DNA of 64,000 nucleotides from Paraspadella gotoi (taxonomy: Eukaryota > Animalia > Chaetognatha). Both the position numbers and the translations under genes were made by a program. The notes beneath the pieces were generated by a model. It saw only the letters and a list, made by a program, of their open reading frames with translations. It was not told the DNA's origin and searched no databases. The DNA is taken from positions 8,410,268 through 8,474,267 of the forward strand of contig CM119264.1 of NCBI GenBank assembly GCA_051294375.1, in the 5' to 3' direction. Shown piece by piece: positions 13,569 through 27,345 of this stretch (the first letter of the stretch is position 1; each line of letters starts with the position of its first letter).

Positions 13569-13570
13569 GC

Positions 13571-13595
13571 NNNNNNNNNNNNNNNNNNNNNNNNN
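13571..13595. other. 25-N gap; identical 25-N gaps at 20982-21006, 42175-42199, 50806-50830, 62071-62095
   Basis: Counted directly; each adjoins duplicated or error-rich sequence. Confidence 1.
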
Positions 13596-14514
13596 CAGAA
13601 GTTCGCCCCATCACCCAGTCATTGGAACCTAATCTATAAGATAACCCCATACAGAAGATTCGCCCCAATCACCCAGTCATCGGAACCCCATCTAAAGATA
13701 ACCCCATCAGAAGTTCACCCCATCACCCAGTCATCAAACCCATCTAAAGATAACCCATCAGAAGTTCCCCCATCACCCAGTCATTGGAACCCATCTAAAG
13801 ATAACCCCATCAGAAGTTCACCCATCACCCAGTCTGCCGATCGCTCATCGTTCGCCTTCGAGATTCACGACACGATTCTTCACTCGAGTCGACGTTAATT
13901 TTCCGGCTTACGAGCAGCCGTCGCTCATCGTCGTCGTGTCGTCGTCGTCGTCGTCGTCACACTGCGTCGCCTTTGTCGTCTCGTCCCTCATTGTAACCTT
14001 CAATGTCGTTCTTTTTCTTCTTGTCATTTTTTGTAACTCTCAAAGTAGCTTCTATCTATTTATTCGAATGCAACAGAGTCGATTCAGTACAATTTTTTTT
14101 TCAAGATTATAAAAACATTCAGTACAAACATTTTTAACAGACAATTCTAAACATATTGTCATTGATACACATTTAGGTATTGATACTCGCAAAGTTGTGG
14201 TGCTGCGGTGTGGTGCGCTGCGCTGCTTTTTTTTAAAAATCGTGGGCTTTCTCCTTTTGTCTTCGCCCTCGAACCCTATTTATCAATTTTTGTATAATTT
14301 ATTTACTTGATCTTAACATCCTTGTTTTGTATTCGAAACCAACCGATAAATCTTTCTACATTATTCGAGCGTGTAAGCAGAGAAACCGTTTTTTGTTTTT
14401 TTTCCTTTTTCTCTTTTTTTCTTTTGTTTTCACAAGTTCCTTTTTTTCTCCGGTTTCATTGCTTTATTACGCGCAAGCGTGTTTGGCTTCCTTTCCCCAG
14501 CGCATACATCCCCT

Positions 14515-14600
<86 letters not shown>

Positions 14601-15893
14601 CTCTTCTCTCTCTCTCTCACTCTCGTGTGTTCTTCGTCTCCATCTTTTCGTGTCATTGTCACTTTCAACACAAGACCCATCACAGACCCGCCCAAACAAA
14701 AGACTAAAGAGATAAAAGAAAAAAGAAAGAAAGATTCCGTTCATCTTTTTCCGCGACCAAAGGAAACGACCTCAGAATCATTAGCGAGGATTTCGATTTC
14801 TTGCTGAAAAAAAAAAAGTTAAAGATTTCCTTGTTGTCGTTGTTGTCGACGCAGTTTCGTCGCTGTCATAAAACAAAGGGACATTATGCTGCAATCCTCG
14901 ATGTCTCTCAATGATAATTAGTTAAATAATTATCAAAAACACAAATAAAACTTGAATATTTATCGTAAGAATATATTATGCTTGGGCAAAATCCTTTCCT
15001 CTTTCATGGGGCGCGTGAATCCAATGTTCCTTCTTTACAGCGCGATTCACTTTAAGCGTGAAAGCCTCTTTCCGCTCCTCGTCTGGGACAAAATCTCACA
15101 ACCCTCTTCAACATTTCACGGTGATGATTTGGTGGAGGCAGGAGTGGTGAGGAGAAACATACCAACCACAATAAAGATCCTAAGTTGGGTGTATTGCATA
15201 AAATTTCTCCCAGCCTTGTGAGTCGCTACAACACAGCCACAAACCATGATTTTATTTTTTGTTTCCGAGTGTATCTTAAATATTTAAAGGACTTGAAATC
15301 TATTTTTTTTTACTCATCTGAATTCTACAATTTTCTAACTACATTTTACATTAAGTCTCTCTCATGCTATGTCATTATCTTGTAAGAGTGATGGAGGCCT
15401 TAAACCACCAAAGCCTGTCCAAAGTCAGGGGCAAGATAGCTTATTTATTAATGAATGGATAATTTTTATATTGGTTGTACCAATTTCATATCAAATTCTG
15501 AGGCGTTAACTGAATTTTTATATTTTTATATTTTATATTTTTGGTATTTTAATTTTTTAAATTTCTGGACGTTTTCATACTGTTGGTCGCATCTTTTCAC
15601 CCCGAATCTCGCTCAAATTGTCCAATTTTCCCTTTCCCGAATTAATCTATTATTCCTGCTCCTATTTCCCTTTCTCAGTATCATTGCGCTTCTTTTTTCT
15701 CCTTTACTTCTTTTTTTTTCTCGGCGATTTTCCTACTTCCCACTTTCCTCGCTCCACTTCACCTGCTTCTCTTTCCCTCTCGTCTAACGGTCTATTCCAA
15801 ACACACGTCCTCGCTTCCCGCCCCTTCTCGGTTCTTTTGTTTTTGTCCCGGAATTTTATCTTTTTATCGTTTATCCTCTTATCTCCTTCTTTC

Positions 15894-15926
<33 letters not shown>

Positions 15927-16425
15927 ATCTCGTCATCTCTCTCTCTCTGCATCTCTCTCTCTCTCTTCTCTCTCCTTCTCGCTCCTCCCTCTCTCTCTCT
16001 CTCTCTCTCTCTCCTCTCTTCTCTCGTCTCTCTCTCGCTCTCATTCTCTCTCTCTCTTTCTCTAGTTGGTCGCATGTGATAGAGATTCGCGACGTTCTCA
16101 CGTTCGCACGTTCGCAAACGTTCGCGACGTTCGCACGTTCGCACGTTCGCACGCACTCACCAGGTTTCGAATTTTTTGCAACTATTTTCAAACGTTGGCC
16201 GTAACAAGTATGCTGCAACAGCATACACGTTCCACAAAATCAGGCCTTATTTTAACTCTTTGCCTGATCACAACAGCTCTTTTTACTAAAGAACATGCAA
16301 AGTTGTAAAACAAAAAATCGATGGCTTTCTTTCGGGGTCAACTAATTCACCACGGAAGAGCGACAACAAATGTCACTAAAACATAAAAGTAACTAAAAGT
16401 TACAAGAAGTGCATGCAAAAAGAGG

Positions 16426-16464
<39 letters not shown>

Positions 16465-16466
16465 CG

Positions 16467-16501
<35 letters not shown>

Positions 16502-19494
16502 CGAGAGAGAGGGAGGGAGCAGATGCAACAAACTCTGGTGGCAAGAGGATGTCGTTATGCGGGAATGACAAATACATTCAGTGCCAATAGGAACCAAAAC
16601 CGTAGGGCGAGGTTAAAAAAGGAGGAGGAGGAGGAGGAGGAAGAGAAGTCAAAAGCAGTAGAGGAGCTGGAGAAGAGGAAGGGGAAGTTGGTCGGATGGG
16701 ACCGATTGACGAAATGTAATCAGAAAAGTAGATGAAAAAAAATATGAGAAAAAAGGGACCAAGGATTAGCAAAGATAAAAAATTGAAGAATGGAAAGTTA
16801 ATGAGAGAAGGAAAGAAATACGGAAAAATTGCGAGGAAAGTAAAGGGATAATTTTGAAAAGAAGATGAAAGAGAATCGATAAGGTAAATTAAATGAAGAA
16901 AGAAGGTAAAAAAGGTGACTTGAAGTGGTTTGATGTTGAAGAAAATAAAAAGACGATAAAAGAAGATGAAAAAGAGAATCGTGAGGTATTAAATGAAGAA
17001 AGAAAGGTAAAAAAGGTGACTTGGAAGTGGTTGAAGTTGAAGAAATAAAACAGAACGGCGACTGAAGGAGGAAAATGAAATACAATTTGGAAGGTAGGAA
17101 TAAGAAACATTGGAATTCAAAAATTATCTCATGAATAAAGCGGGAAAGTGAAAAGAATAAGAGAGAATGAAAGCAGAAACGAAGAGAGAAGGAGGAAAGA
17201 GAGAAAAGGAGAGAAAAAGGAGGGGAAAAGGAGGAAAAAGGAGGAGAAAAAGGAGGAAAGGAGCAAAAAAGGAGGAAGTAAAAGGAGGGAAAAAAGGAGG
17301 CGAAGAAAGAGGAAGAAGGAGGAGGCAAAGGGAGGAATAAAAGGAGGAGATAAAAGGAGGAAGAAAAGGAGGAACTAAAAGGAGGAGAAAAAGGAGGAGA
17401 AAAGGGGAAGAAAAGGAGGATGAAAAATGGAGAGAGAGGAAAAGGAAACGAGATTGAGGTTGACCCGGTCTGATCCAGATTTGCTTCACTCGCTCTTTTT
17501 TCCGCCGATAATTCGAGGAAGGGCGGGGAAAAAAACGGAGGAAAGGCGTGGGGTAAGGAAGGAAAGGAAAGAAAGAAAGAAAGAAAGAAAGAAAAGAAAA
17601 GAAAGAAAGAAAGAAAGAAAGAAGAAAGAAAGAAAGGAAAGAGAAAGAAAGAAAGAAAGAAGAAGAAACAGCAAAGAATGAAGGGAAAGTCTAAAGAAAG
17701 AATGATAGAAAAAACAAGACAAAAGAACGAGAACCCTGTTGAGAAAACGTTGAAAAAATGAAAAGATGAAACGGTCAGACGTGGAGAAGAAACAAAGGCA
17801 GGAGAGACAATTAAACCAGTGAATACAGAAAGGACGACGTGAAATGCCTCTTTGACGTTTTCTCTGTACACGAAGACCCGAAAAATCTGTTGTAAGTGCC
17901 GAAAGAAAGAAAAACCAAAACATAAACGTAAAGGACATGAGATTTTCGCATGCGCGATTTTTTTTCTTAAAACCTAATATTGCCGTGGTAAAGTGGTTGA
18001 CTTAAAATAGCAAATTTTTTTTATCGAAATATTTCATCTTAAATCTGTGCCAAACAAGTCAGGGACACACGGCTAAAAATTCAGAAAGAAACACTGGGAT
18101 TTAAAAACGAAAACAACAACCTGGTAATGGTAAAACTAGTAATTCGTCAACAAAATATTAATAAGAAATAGAAAAAAAATAAGAAACGAATAAGAAAGTA
18201 AAAGAAAAATCTTCGAAACGAAATATGGAAAAGAAAGAGTGTGAAAGTTCGCAAATGCGACTGAAAAAAAAGAAATAATAGAGGAAAGAAAAAGAAGAAA
18301 AGAGGCGAAGAACGAAAACGAAAAAGAAAATAAAGAAAGAAAGATTCCCAAGAAATACACTAGCCGACGGAAGAGAAAAGGAATGAGGGAGATTGGCGGA
18401 ATAAGAAGACGTCATGACGTCGTTAGCGTGGGACGAGGGAAAAAAATGGAATAGAGTTGAAAGACGGAAAACGGGAAAGAGCAAAGAAAAACAGTCGAGT
18501 CTTGGGAGACGGTGATGAAAGCCGTAGAAAAAGATTGGGGTAAAAGATATAAACCTTACCATTGCTGACCAAAAATAATATAAAAAGAAGAATGGATTGA
18601 TTGCCCCCAAAAAAAGAACGAGTAAGCCTTTATGGAACTATAAATGGAAACACATTTGATGTTGAAAAAAAATATACAGCAGTTACTATAAAAAGAACAG
18701 TAATAGCGGCCGCTCAAATATATGTATAATTTGCTCATACGCGGCTGAGATAGAAAATAAAACAAGAATAACCTGACCTTTTTTTTTTTTTACTTTTTGT
18801 AACTGAACACAATATTAATAAGTATGATAAGACAAAAATGAATAAATCATCAGATTGGAACTTAAGAAAGGAAAGAGAAAAAGCTTGTGCGGCGGCGGTT
18901 GAAGGAAGACAAACGCCACCGATTGGATGGATTTAAGGCGGAGGTGAATCGACTAAGCAAAAAAGCAGATGCTTCTTTCGCCTCGAAGACTAAGGCCGCG
19001 GAGAGGAAAAGGCTGCTTGGGGACATTATGAATACCGGTTTGAGGTAGAGAGGGGAAAAGAGGACGAAGATAGAGAGAAGAGTCGATAGTAATATCGAGG
19101 TAAAATGGCGAGTTGTGAAATGGGATGCGGTTAATTAGATCATACGATTCATTTTTGGTTCATGAATTCTTCATATATACAATAAGGATTCTTGTATTTT
19201 GAGTGCGATGCGGAGGTAAAATATAGTATTCCCCGGCATCTAATACTTAAGGGATGGTTCTTTTTCATACAATTGAAACATTCTTTGAAATATTATCCAC
19301 TCATTGATATGGAAGCAGGCTTCATGGGAGTGAATAAACAAGTCTGTGAGAGAGGCTTTATTAAAAGCTGCAGAAACCTGTTATGTTTATTATCTTTGCA
19401 AGTGTAGGAGGCCTTAAACCACCAAAGCCTGTCCAAAGTCAGGGACAAGATAGCTTATATATTAAGATGGATGTATTAATTTTTATTATTGGTT

Positions 19495-19528
<34 letters not shown>

Positions 19529-20700
19529 TTTTTTTTTTTTTTTTTTTTTATACCAATTTCATATACTAAGTGATACATACATACAATTTGATGATTAACG
19601 ATTTCCAGCACTACAACTTTAAAAAAGTTGCTACTATAAACAAAAACAAAAATTTTTACGCTACAAATTTACTTTTTACTCAAAACAAGTAAATGATAGA
19701 GAAAGCTAAATTATCGAGGACCGTGTTTCTTGCCATCATTTCCCAGTAACACACAACTCGGGCGATTCACTGAGAGGATAATCTCAAAACAACATCCACC
19801 CCAAACCCCACTCTCCTGTCTCGATTCGCCACCCCCCAACACAGCGGAACGAAAGCGGAAAAACTCGGAGGAGTCAGGTGAGTCAGGTGAGTCAGGTGGA
19901 GTCGCGTAAAAAGGAGAAAAAGGAAGAGCGAAACTGTGAAAGAGGTTAAAACCTAAAATGAGCGGAAATGAAGGAAATTGGAGGAATTGAGTGAACATTT
20001 ACCGGGAAAAAAAGGAAAAGAGGGGGGGAAAAAGAAAAGCTGGGTGGATGAAGGAGAAAGGGAAAAAGGAAAAGGAGTTTATAAATAGGAGAGGAACTTG
20101 AGAGGGACTCGAATAAAAAGGAAGGAACTCTGAAGATAAAGAAAAGGTTAAAAAGGAGTTGAAAAGGGAAAATCGAAAACAAGAAGTCGAAAAGAGAATT
20201 AAAAGAAAATTAAAAACTAAGTTAACGAAATATGATGTATAACGGTAAACTACCAGGGGCAAAAAAAAAAAATCAAAAAGTGCGACGATATCGAGAATAG
20301 TGTCCAAATAAATTAATGAAAGTCACATTGGAAGGGTAAATGGGTTGGAATGAACGGAATTTGAAGCCTCGATAGGAGAGTTGGAATTGCGCAAGGTTGA
20401 TATCCATAAAAGAAAAAAACCCTAGGTAAATTAAAAGAATGTATTTTACTAAATTCATATTGGAAGGATTAGTATAGGTGGAACGGACGTTTCGCGACGG
20501 AACACACAAACATTAGAAAAAAGACGGAGAATAAACGATTAAAAAAAAGAGCATCGGTTGGAGAAACATTAAGGGAAGAGGAACTGTGTTATGCGGGATT
20601 CACAATGGAGGACTGTTTGAGATTGATTTGACAACATATAAGCTGACTCTTCGAAGACTTCATCGAGTCAGTGAAAAGGTTTACGAGCGATGAGGGAAAA
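13596..20700 (+). repeat. Copy 2 of the segment (reverse complement of 7080-13570 plus the 54-bp array); probable mis-oriented gap fill
   Basis: Collinear inverted match to copy 1 with many 1-bp indels; direct match to 21465-28518 at offset ~7.82-7.86 kb. Confidence 0.95.
16093..16153. repeat. 8-bp ACGTTCGC tandem repeat (~7 copies); also at 23950-24010
   Basis: cgttctcacgttcgcacgttcgc.. read directly; abuts a donor-like CTG|GTGAGT on the opposite strand. Confidence 0.85.
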
Positions 20701-20702
20701 TA

Positions 20703-20822
20703 TGGGGTTATCTTTAGATGAGGTTCCGATGACTGGGTGATTGGGTAAAGTTTTGCTGGGGTAATCTTAAGATTGGGTTCGAATGACTGGGTGATGGGGT
20801 GAACTCCAGCGGGGTTTAACTC
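20703..20822 (-). CDS. 5' part of an exon encoding an 18-aa Pro/Ser/Thr-rich tandem repeat (ELNPAGVHPITQSFEPNLKITPAKLYPITQSSEPHLKITP...)
   Basis: Phase-0 acceptor gtttttcatcAG|GAG; two exact 54-bp units in frame with five silent third-position differences (gct/gca, ccc/cca, ccc/cct, ctt/cta, att/ata). Confidence 0.6.
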
Positions 20823-21064
20823 CTGATGAAAAACTTTTCGCGGGATTTTCATGCAAAATGTTTGGTAAAAAGTTCATATTTTCGTGACTCGTCCGACGCG
20901 GAGAGACAAAGATGAACTCGACAGAGTAAAACTTTTTTTTCTTTTAATTTCGTGAGAGTCGACTGTGATTAATAGCGACAGNNNNNNNNNNNNNNNNNNN
21001 NNNNNNTCTTTGTGCAGATCTTAATCCGTTGCCCTTAGCCGCGGGAGGGGAGAGGAAAAAAAGG

Positions 21065-21158
<94 letters not shown>

Positions 21159-21216
21159 AGTGATTATCCACATTTTCTCCGACGACGACGACGACAACAT
21201 ACCTCTCGTTCTGCAT

Positions 21217-21462
21217 CGCTATTAATCACAGTCGACCTCGCGAAATTAAAGAAAAAAAGTTTTACTCTGTCGAGTTCATCTTTGTCTCTCCGCGTCGGAC
21301 GAGTCACGAAAATATGAACTTTTTTACAAACATTTTGCATGAAAGTTAAACCCCGCTGGAGTTCACCCCATCACCCAGTCATTCGAACCCATGTCTTAAG
21401 ATTACCCCAGCAAAACTTTACCCAATCACCCAGTCATCGGAACCTCATCTAAAGATAACCCC
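21217..21462 (+). repeat. Inverted copy of 20703-20978 across the 20982-21006 gap
   Basis: tcgctattaatcacagtcgac..ttttactctgtcgagttcatc..gttaaaccccgctggag matches in reverse complement; this copy lacks ~24 bp containing the acceptor. Confidence 0.9.
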
Positions 21463-21694
21463 ATCAGAAGTTCGCCCCATCACCCAGTCATTGGAACCTA
21501 TCTAAAGATAACCCCATCAGAAGTTCGCCCCATCACCCAGTCATCGGAACCCATCTAAAGATAACCCATCAGAAGTTCACCCCATCACCCAGTCATCAAA
21601 ACCCATTAAAGATAACCCATCAGAAGTTCACCCATCACCCAGTCATTGGAACCCATCTAAAGATAACCCCATCAGAAGTTCACCCATCACCCAG
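21355..21694 (+). repeat. 54-bp (assembled as 50-55 bp) minisatellite with 7 PITQS-encoding cores; consensus tcagaagttcrccccatcacccagtcatyggaacc(c)catctaaagataacccca; also 13596-13833
   Basis: catcacccagtc/aatcacccagtc recurs every ~53 bp; length variation is mostly in homopolymer runs. Confidence 0.92.
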
Positions 21695-22375
21695 TCTGCC
21701 GATCGCTCATCGTTCGCCTTCGAGATTCACGACACGATTCTTCACTCGAGTCGACGTTAATTTTCCGGCTTACGAGCAGCCGTCGCTCATCGTCGTCGTG
21801 TCGTCGTCGTCGTCGTCGTCACACTGCGTCGCCTTTGTCGTCTCGTCCCTCATTGTAACCTTCAATGTCGTTCTTTTTCTTCTTGTCATTTTTTGTAACT
21901 CTCAAAGTAGCTTCTATCTATTTATTCGAATGCAACAGAGTCGATTCAGTACAATTTTTTTTTCAAGATTATAAAAACATTCAGTACAAACATTTTTAAC
22001 AGACAATTCTAAACATATTGTCATTGATACACATTTAGGTATTGATACTCGCAAAGTTGTGGTGCTGCGGTGTGGTGCGCTGCGCTGCTTTTTTTTAAAA
22101 ATCGTGGGCTTTCTCCTTTTGTCTTCGCCCTCGAACCCTATTTATCAATTTTTGTATAATTTATTTACTTGATCTTAACATCCTTGTTTTGTATTCGAAA
22201 CCAACCGATAAATCTTTCTACATTATTCGAGCGTGTAAGCAGAGAAACCGTTTTTTGTTTTTTTTCCTTTTTCTCTTTTTTTCTTTTGTTTTCACAAGTT
22301 CCTTTTTTTCTCCGGTTTCATTGCTTTATTCGCGCAAGCGTGTTTGGCTTCCTTTCCCCAGCGCATACATCCCCT

Positions 22376-22461
<86 letters not shown>

Positions 22462-24279
22462 CTCTTCTCTCTCTCTCTCACTCTCGTGTGTTCTTCGTCT
22501 CCATCTTTTCGTGTCATTGTCACTTTCAACACAAGACCCATCACAGACCCGCCCAAACAAAAGACTAAAGAGATAAAAGAAAAAAGAAAGAAAGATTCCG
22601 TTCATCTTTTTCCGCGACCAAAGGAAACGACCTCAGAATCATTAGCGAGGATTTCGATTTCTTGCTGAAAAAAAAAAAGTTAAAGATTTCCTTGTTGTCG
22701 TTGTTGTCGACGCAGTTTCGTCGCTGTCATAAAACAAAGGGACATTATGCTGCAATCCTCGATGTCTCTCAATGATAATTAGTTAAATAATTATCAAAAA
22801 CACAAATAAAACTTGAATATTTATCGTAAGAATATATTATGCTTGGGCAAAATCCTTTCCTCTTTCATGGGGCGCGTGAATCCAATGTTCCTTCTTTACA
22901 GCGCGATTCACTTTAAGCGTGAAAGCCTCTTTCCGCTGCCTCGTCTGGGACAAAATCTCACAACCCTCTTCATCATTTCACGGTGATGATTTGGTGGAGG
23001 CAGGAGTGGTGAGGAGAAACATACCAACCACAATAAAGATCCTAAGTTGGGTGTATTGCATAAAATTTCTCCCAGCCTTGTGAGTCGCTACAACACAGCC
23101 ACAAACCATGATTTTATTTTTTGTTTCCGAGTGTATCTTAAATATTTAAAGGACTTGAAATCTATTTTTTTTTACTCATCTGAATTCTACAATTTTCTAA
23201 CTACATTTTACATTAAGTCTCTCTCATGCTATGTCATTATCTTGTAAGAGTGATGGAGGCCTTAAACCACCAAAGCCTGTCCAAAGTCAGGGGCAAGATA
23301 GCTTATTTATTAATGAATGGATAATTTTTATATTGGTTGTACCAATTTCATATCAAATTCTGAGGCGTTAACTGAATTTTTATATTTTTATATTTTATAT
23401 TTTTGGTATTTTAATTTTTTAAATTTCTGGACGTTTTCATACTGTTGGTCGCATCTTTTCACCCCGAATCTCGCTCAATTGTCCAATTTTCCCTTTCCCG
23501 AATTAATCTATTATTCCTGCTCCTATTTCCCTTTCTCAGTATCATTGCGCTTCTTTTTTCTCCTTTACTTCTTTTTTTTTCTCGGCGATTTGCCTACTCC
23601 CACTTTCCTCGCTCCACTCACCTGCTTCTCTTTCCCTCTCGTCTAACGGTCTATTCCAAACACACGTCCTCGCTTCCCGCCCCTTCTCGGTTCTTTTGTT
23701 TTTGTCCCAGGAATTTTATCTTTTTATCGTTTATCCTCTTATCTCCTTCTTTCCTCTCTCTCTCTCTCTCTCTCTCCTCTCTCATCTCTCATCTCTCTCG
23801 TCTCTCATCTCTCTCTCTCATTTCTCTCTCTCTCCTCCTCACGCTGTCTCTCTCTCTCTCTCTCTCTCATCCTTCTCTCTCTCGGTCTCTCTCTCGCTCT
23901 CATCTCTTCTCTCTCTTTCTCTAGTTGGTCGCATGTGATAGAGATTCGCACGTTCTCACGTTCGCACGTTCGCACGTTCGCACGTTTCGCACGTTCGCAC
24001 GTTCGCACGCACTCACCAGGTTTCGAATTTTTTGCAACTATTTTCCAAACGTTGGCCCGTAACAAGTATGTGCAACAGCATACACGTTCACAAAATCAGC
24101 CTTATTTTAACTCTTTGCCTGATCACAACAGCTCTTTTTACTAAGAACATGCAAAAGTTGTAAAACCAAAAAATCGATGGCTTTCTTTCGCGGGTCAACT
24201 AATTCACCACGGAAGAGCGACAACAAATGTCCTAAAACATAAAAGTAACTAAAAGTTACAAGAAGTGATCAAAGAAAGA

Positions 24280-24310
<31 letters not shown>

Positions 24311-24316
24311 AAGAGA

Positions 24317-24351
<35 letters not shown>

Positions 24352-27311
24352 GAGAGAGAGGGGGCAGATGCAACAAACCTCGGTGGCAAGGGATGTCGTG
24401 TATGCGGGAATGACAAATACATTCAGTGCATAGGAGCAAACCGTAGGGCGAGGTAAAAAAAGGAGGAGGAGGAGGAGGAGGAAGAGAAGTCAGAGCAGAG
24501 AGGAGCTGGAGAAGAGAAGGGGAAGTTGGTCGATGGGACCGATTGACGAAATGTAATCAGAAAAGTAGATGAAAAAAAAAAGTAAAGAGAGAAAAAAGGG
24601 ACCAGGATTAGCAGAAGATAAAAGAATGAAGAATGGAAAGTTAATGAGAGAAGGAAAAGAATACGGGAAAATTGCGAGGAGTAAAGGGATAATTTGAAAA
24701 GAAGATGAAAGAGAATATAAGGTATTAAATGAAGAAAAGAAGGTAAAAGGTGACTTGAAGTGGTTTGATGTTGAAGGAAATAAAAAGCGATGAAAAGAAG
24801 TGAAAAGAGAATCGTGAGGTATTAAATGAAGAAAGAAAGGTAAATATAAGGTGACCTTGAAGTGGTTGAAGTTGAAGAATAAAAAGAGCGATGAAGGAGG
24901 AAAATGAAATATACAATTTGGAATAAGAAGAGATAAGAAACATTGGAATTCAAAAATTATCTATGAATAAAGCGGGAAAGTGAAAAGACATAAGAGAGAA
25001 TAAAAGCAGAAGAGAAGAAAGGAGGAAACAGAAAAGGAGAGAAAAAGGAGGGAAAAGGAGGAAAAAGAGGAGAGAAAAAGGAGGGAAAAGGAGCTAAAAA
25101 AGGAGGAGTAAAAGGAGGGAAAAAGGAGGCAAGAAAGAAGGAAGAAGGAGGAGCAAAGGAGGAATAAAAGGAGGAGAAAAGGAGGATGAAAAGGGAGGAA
25201 TAAAAGGAGAGAAAAAGGAGGAGAAAAGGGAAGAAAAGGAGGAGAGAAAATGGAGAAGAGAGGAAAAAGGAAACGAGATTGAGGTTGAACCCGGTCTGAT
25301 CCAGATTTGCTTCACTCGCTCTTTTTTCGCCGATAATTCGAGGAAGGGCGGGGAAAAAAACGGAGGAAAGGCGTGGAGGTAAAGGAAGGAAAGGAAAGAA
25401 AGAAAGAAAGAAAGAAAGAAAAGAAAAGAAAGAAAGAAAGAAGAAAGAAGAAGAAGAAAGAAAGGAAAGAGAAAAGAAAGAAAGAAAGAGAAAAACAGAA
25501 AGAATGAAGGAAAGTCTAAAAGAAGAATGATAGAAAAAAAAGACAAAAAACGAGAACCTGTTGAGAAAACGTTGAAAAAATGAAAAGATGAAAGGGTCAG
25601 ACGTGGAGAAGAAAAGGCAGGAGAGACAATTAAACCAGTGAATACAGAAAGGACGACGTGAAATGCCTCTTTGACGTTTTCTCTGTACACGAAGACCGAA
25701 AAATCTGTTGTAAGTGCCGATAACGAAAGAAAAACCAAAACATAAACGTAAAGGACATGAGATTTCGCATGCCGATTTTTTTTCATTAAAACCTAATATT
25801 GCCGTTAAAGTGGTTGACTTAAAATAGCAAATTTTTTTTATCGAAATTTTTCATCTTCAAATCTGTGCGAAACAAGTCAGGGACACACGGCTAAAAATTC
25901 AGAAAGAACACTGAAGGATTTAAAACGAAAAAACAACCTGGTAATGAGTAAAACTAGTATTTCGTCAACAAAATATTAAATAAGAAATAGAAAAAAAATA
26001 AGAAACGAAATAAGAAAGTAAAAGAAAAATCTTCGAAACGAAATATGGAAAAGAAAGAGTGTGAAGTTCGCAAATGCGACTGAAAAAAAAGAAATAATAA
26101 GGAAAGAAAAAGAAGAAAAGAGGCGAAGTAACGAAACGAAAAAGAAAAATAAAAAAAGAAAGATTCCCAAGAAATTACACTAGCCGACGGAAGAGAAAAG
26201 GAATGAGGGGATTGGCGGAATAAGAAGACGTCTGACGTCGTTAGCGTGGGACGAGCGGAAAAAATGGAAAGAGTTGAAAGACGGAAAACGGGAAAGAGCA
26301 AAGAAAAACAGTCGAGTCTTGGGAGACGGTGATGAAAGCCGTAGAAAAAGATTGGGGTAAAAGATATAAACCTTACCATTGCTGACCAAAAATAATATAA
26401 AAAGAAGAATGGATTGATTGCCCCCAAAAAAAGAACGAGTAAGCCTTTATGGAACTATAAATGGAAACACATTTGATGTTGAAAAAAAATATACAGCAGT
26501 TACTATAAAAAGAACAGTAATAGCGGCCGCTCAAATATATGTATAATTTGCTCATACGCGGCTGAGATAGAAAATAAAACAAGAATAACCTGACCTTTTT
26601 TTTTTTTTACTTTTTGTAACTGAACACAATATTAATAAGTATGATAAGACAAAAATGAATAAATCATCAGATTGGAACTTAAGAAAGGAAAGAGAAAAAG
26701 CTTGTGCGGCGGCGGTTGAAGGAAGACAAACGCCACCGATTGGATGGATTTAAGGCGGAGGTGAATCGACTAAGCAAAAAAGCAGATGCTTCTTTCGCCT
26801 CGAAGACTAAGGCCGCGGAGAGGAAAAGGCTGCTTGGGGACATTATGAATACCGGTTTGAGGTAGAGAGGGGAAAAGAGGACGAAGATAGAGAGAAGAGT
26901 CGATAGTAATATCGAGGTAAAATGGCGAGTTGTGAAATGGGATGCGGTTAATTAGATCATACGATTCATTTTTGGTTCATGAATTCTTCATATATACAAT
27001 AAGGATTCTTGTATTTTGAGTGCGATGCGGAGGTAAAATATAGTATTCCCCGGCATCTAATACTTAAGGGATGGTTCTTTTTCATACAATTGAAACATTC
27101 TTTGAAATATTATCCACTCATTGATATGGAAGCAGGCTTCATGGGAGTGAATAAACAAGTCTGTGAGAGAGGCTTTATTAAAAGCTGCAGAAACCTGTTA
27201 TGTTTATTATCTTTGCAAGTGTAGGAGGCCTTAAACCACCAAAGCCTGTCCAAAGTCAGGGACAAGATAGCTTATATATTAAGATGGATGTATTAATTTT
27301 TATTATTGGTT

Positions 27312-27345
<34 letters not shown>

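Larger units (their letters stand above)
7080..13570 (-). repeat. Copy 1 of a ~6.5-7-kb segment, inverted relative to copies 2 and 3; probably the original contig sequence
   Basis: ccctcatcgctcgtaaaccttttcactgactcg (7086) is the reverse complement of the ends of copies 2 and 3; 13490-13570 is the reverse complement of 13820-13900; mirrored ORFs (e.g. 12682-13086 - vs 14307 + and 22169 +). Confidence 0.95.

Noticed and set aside
13596-13833. Regular ~53-bp repeats as a possible CRISPR array
   Set aside because: Head-to-tail tandem units with no unique spacers, no cas genes, eukaryotic context
19496-19548. ~50-nt poly-T as a retroposed poly(A) tail
   Set aside because: Absent from the orthologous site in copy 1 (~8236) and from the 11901 paralogue, no target-site duplication, identical in copies 2 and 3; probably a read artefact, though an allele cannot be excluded
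7080-20700. Giant palindrome as a foldback transposon, Polinton TIRs or an amplification structure
   Set aside because: The centre is a 25-N gap, copies 2 and 3 share identical errors and endpoints, and no transposase, integrase or polymerase is present
20853-20981. Frame upstream of the PITQS exon stays open apart from one TGA (readthrough or selenocysteine?)
   Set aside because: Frame coincidence is unremarkable, a good acceptor at 20823-20825 explains the exon start, and no SECIS was identified
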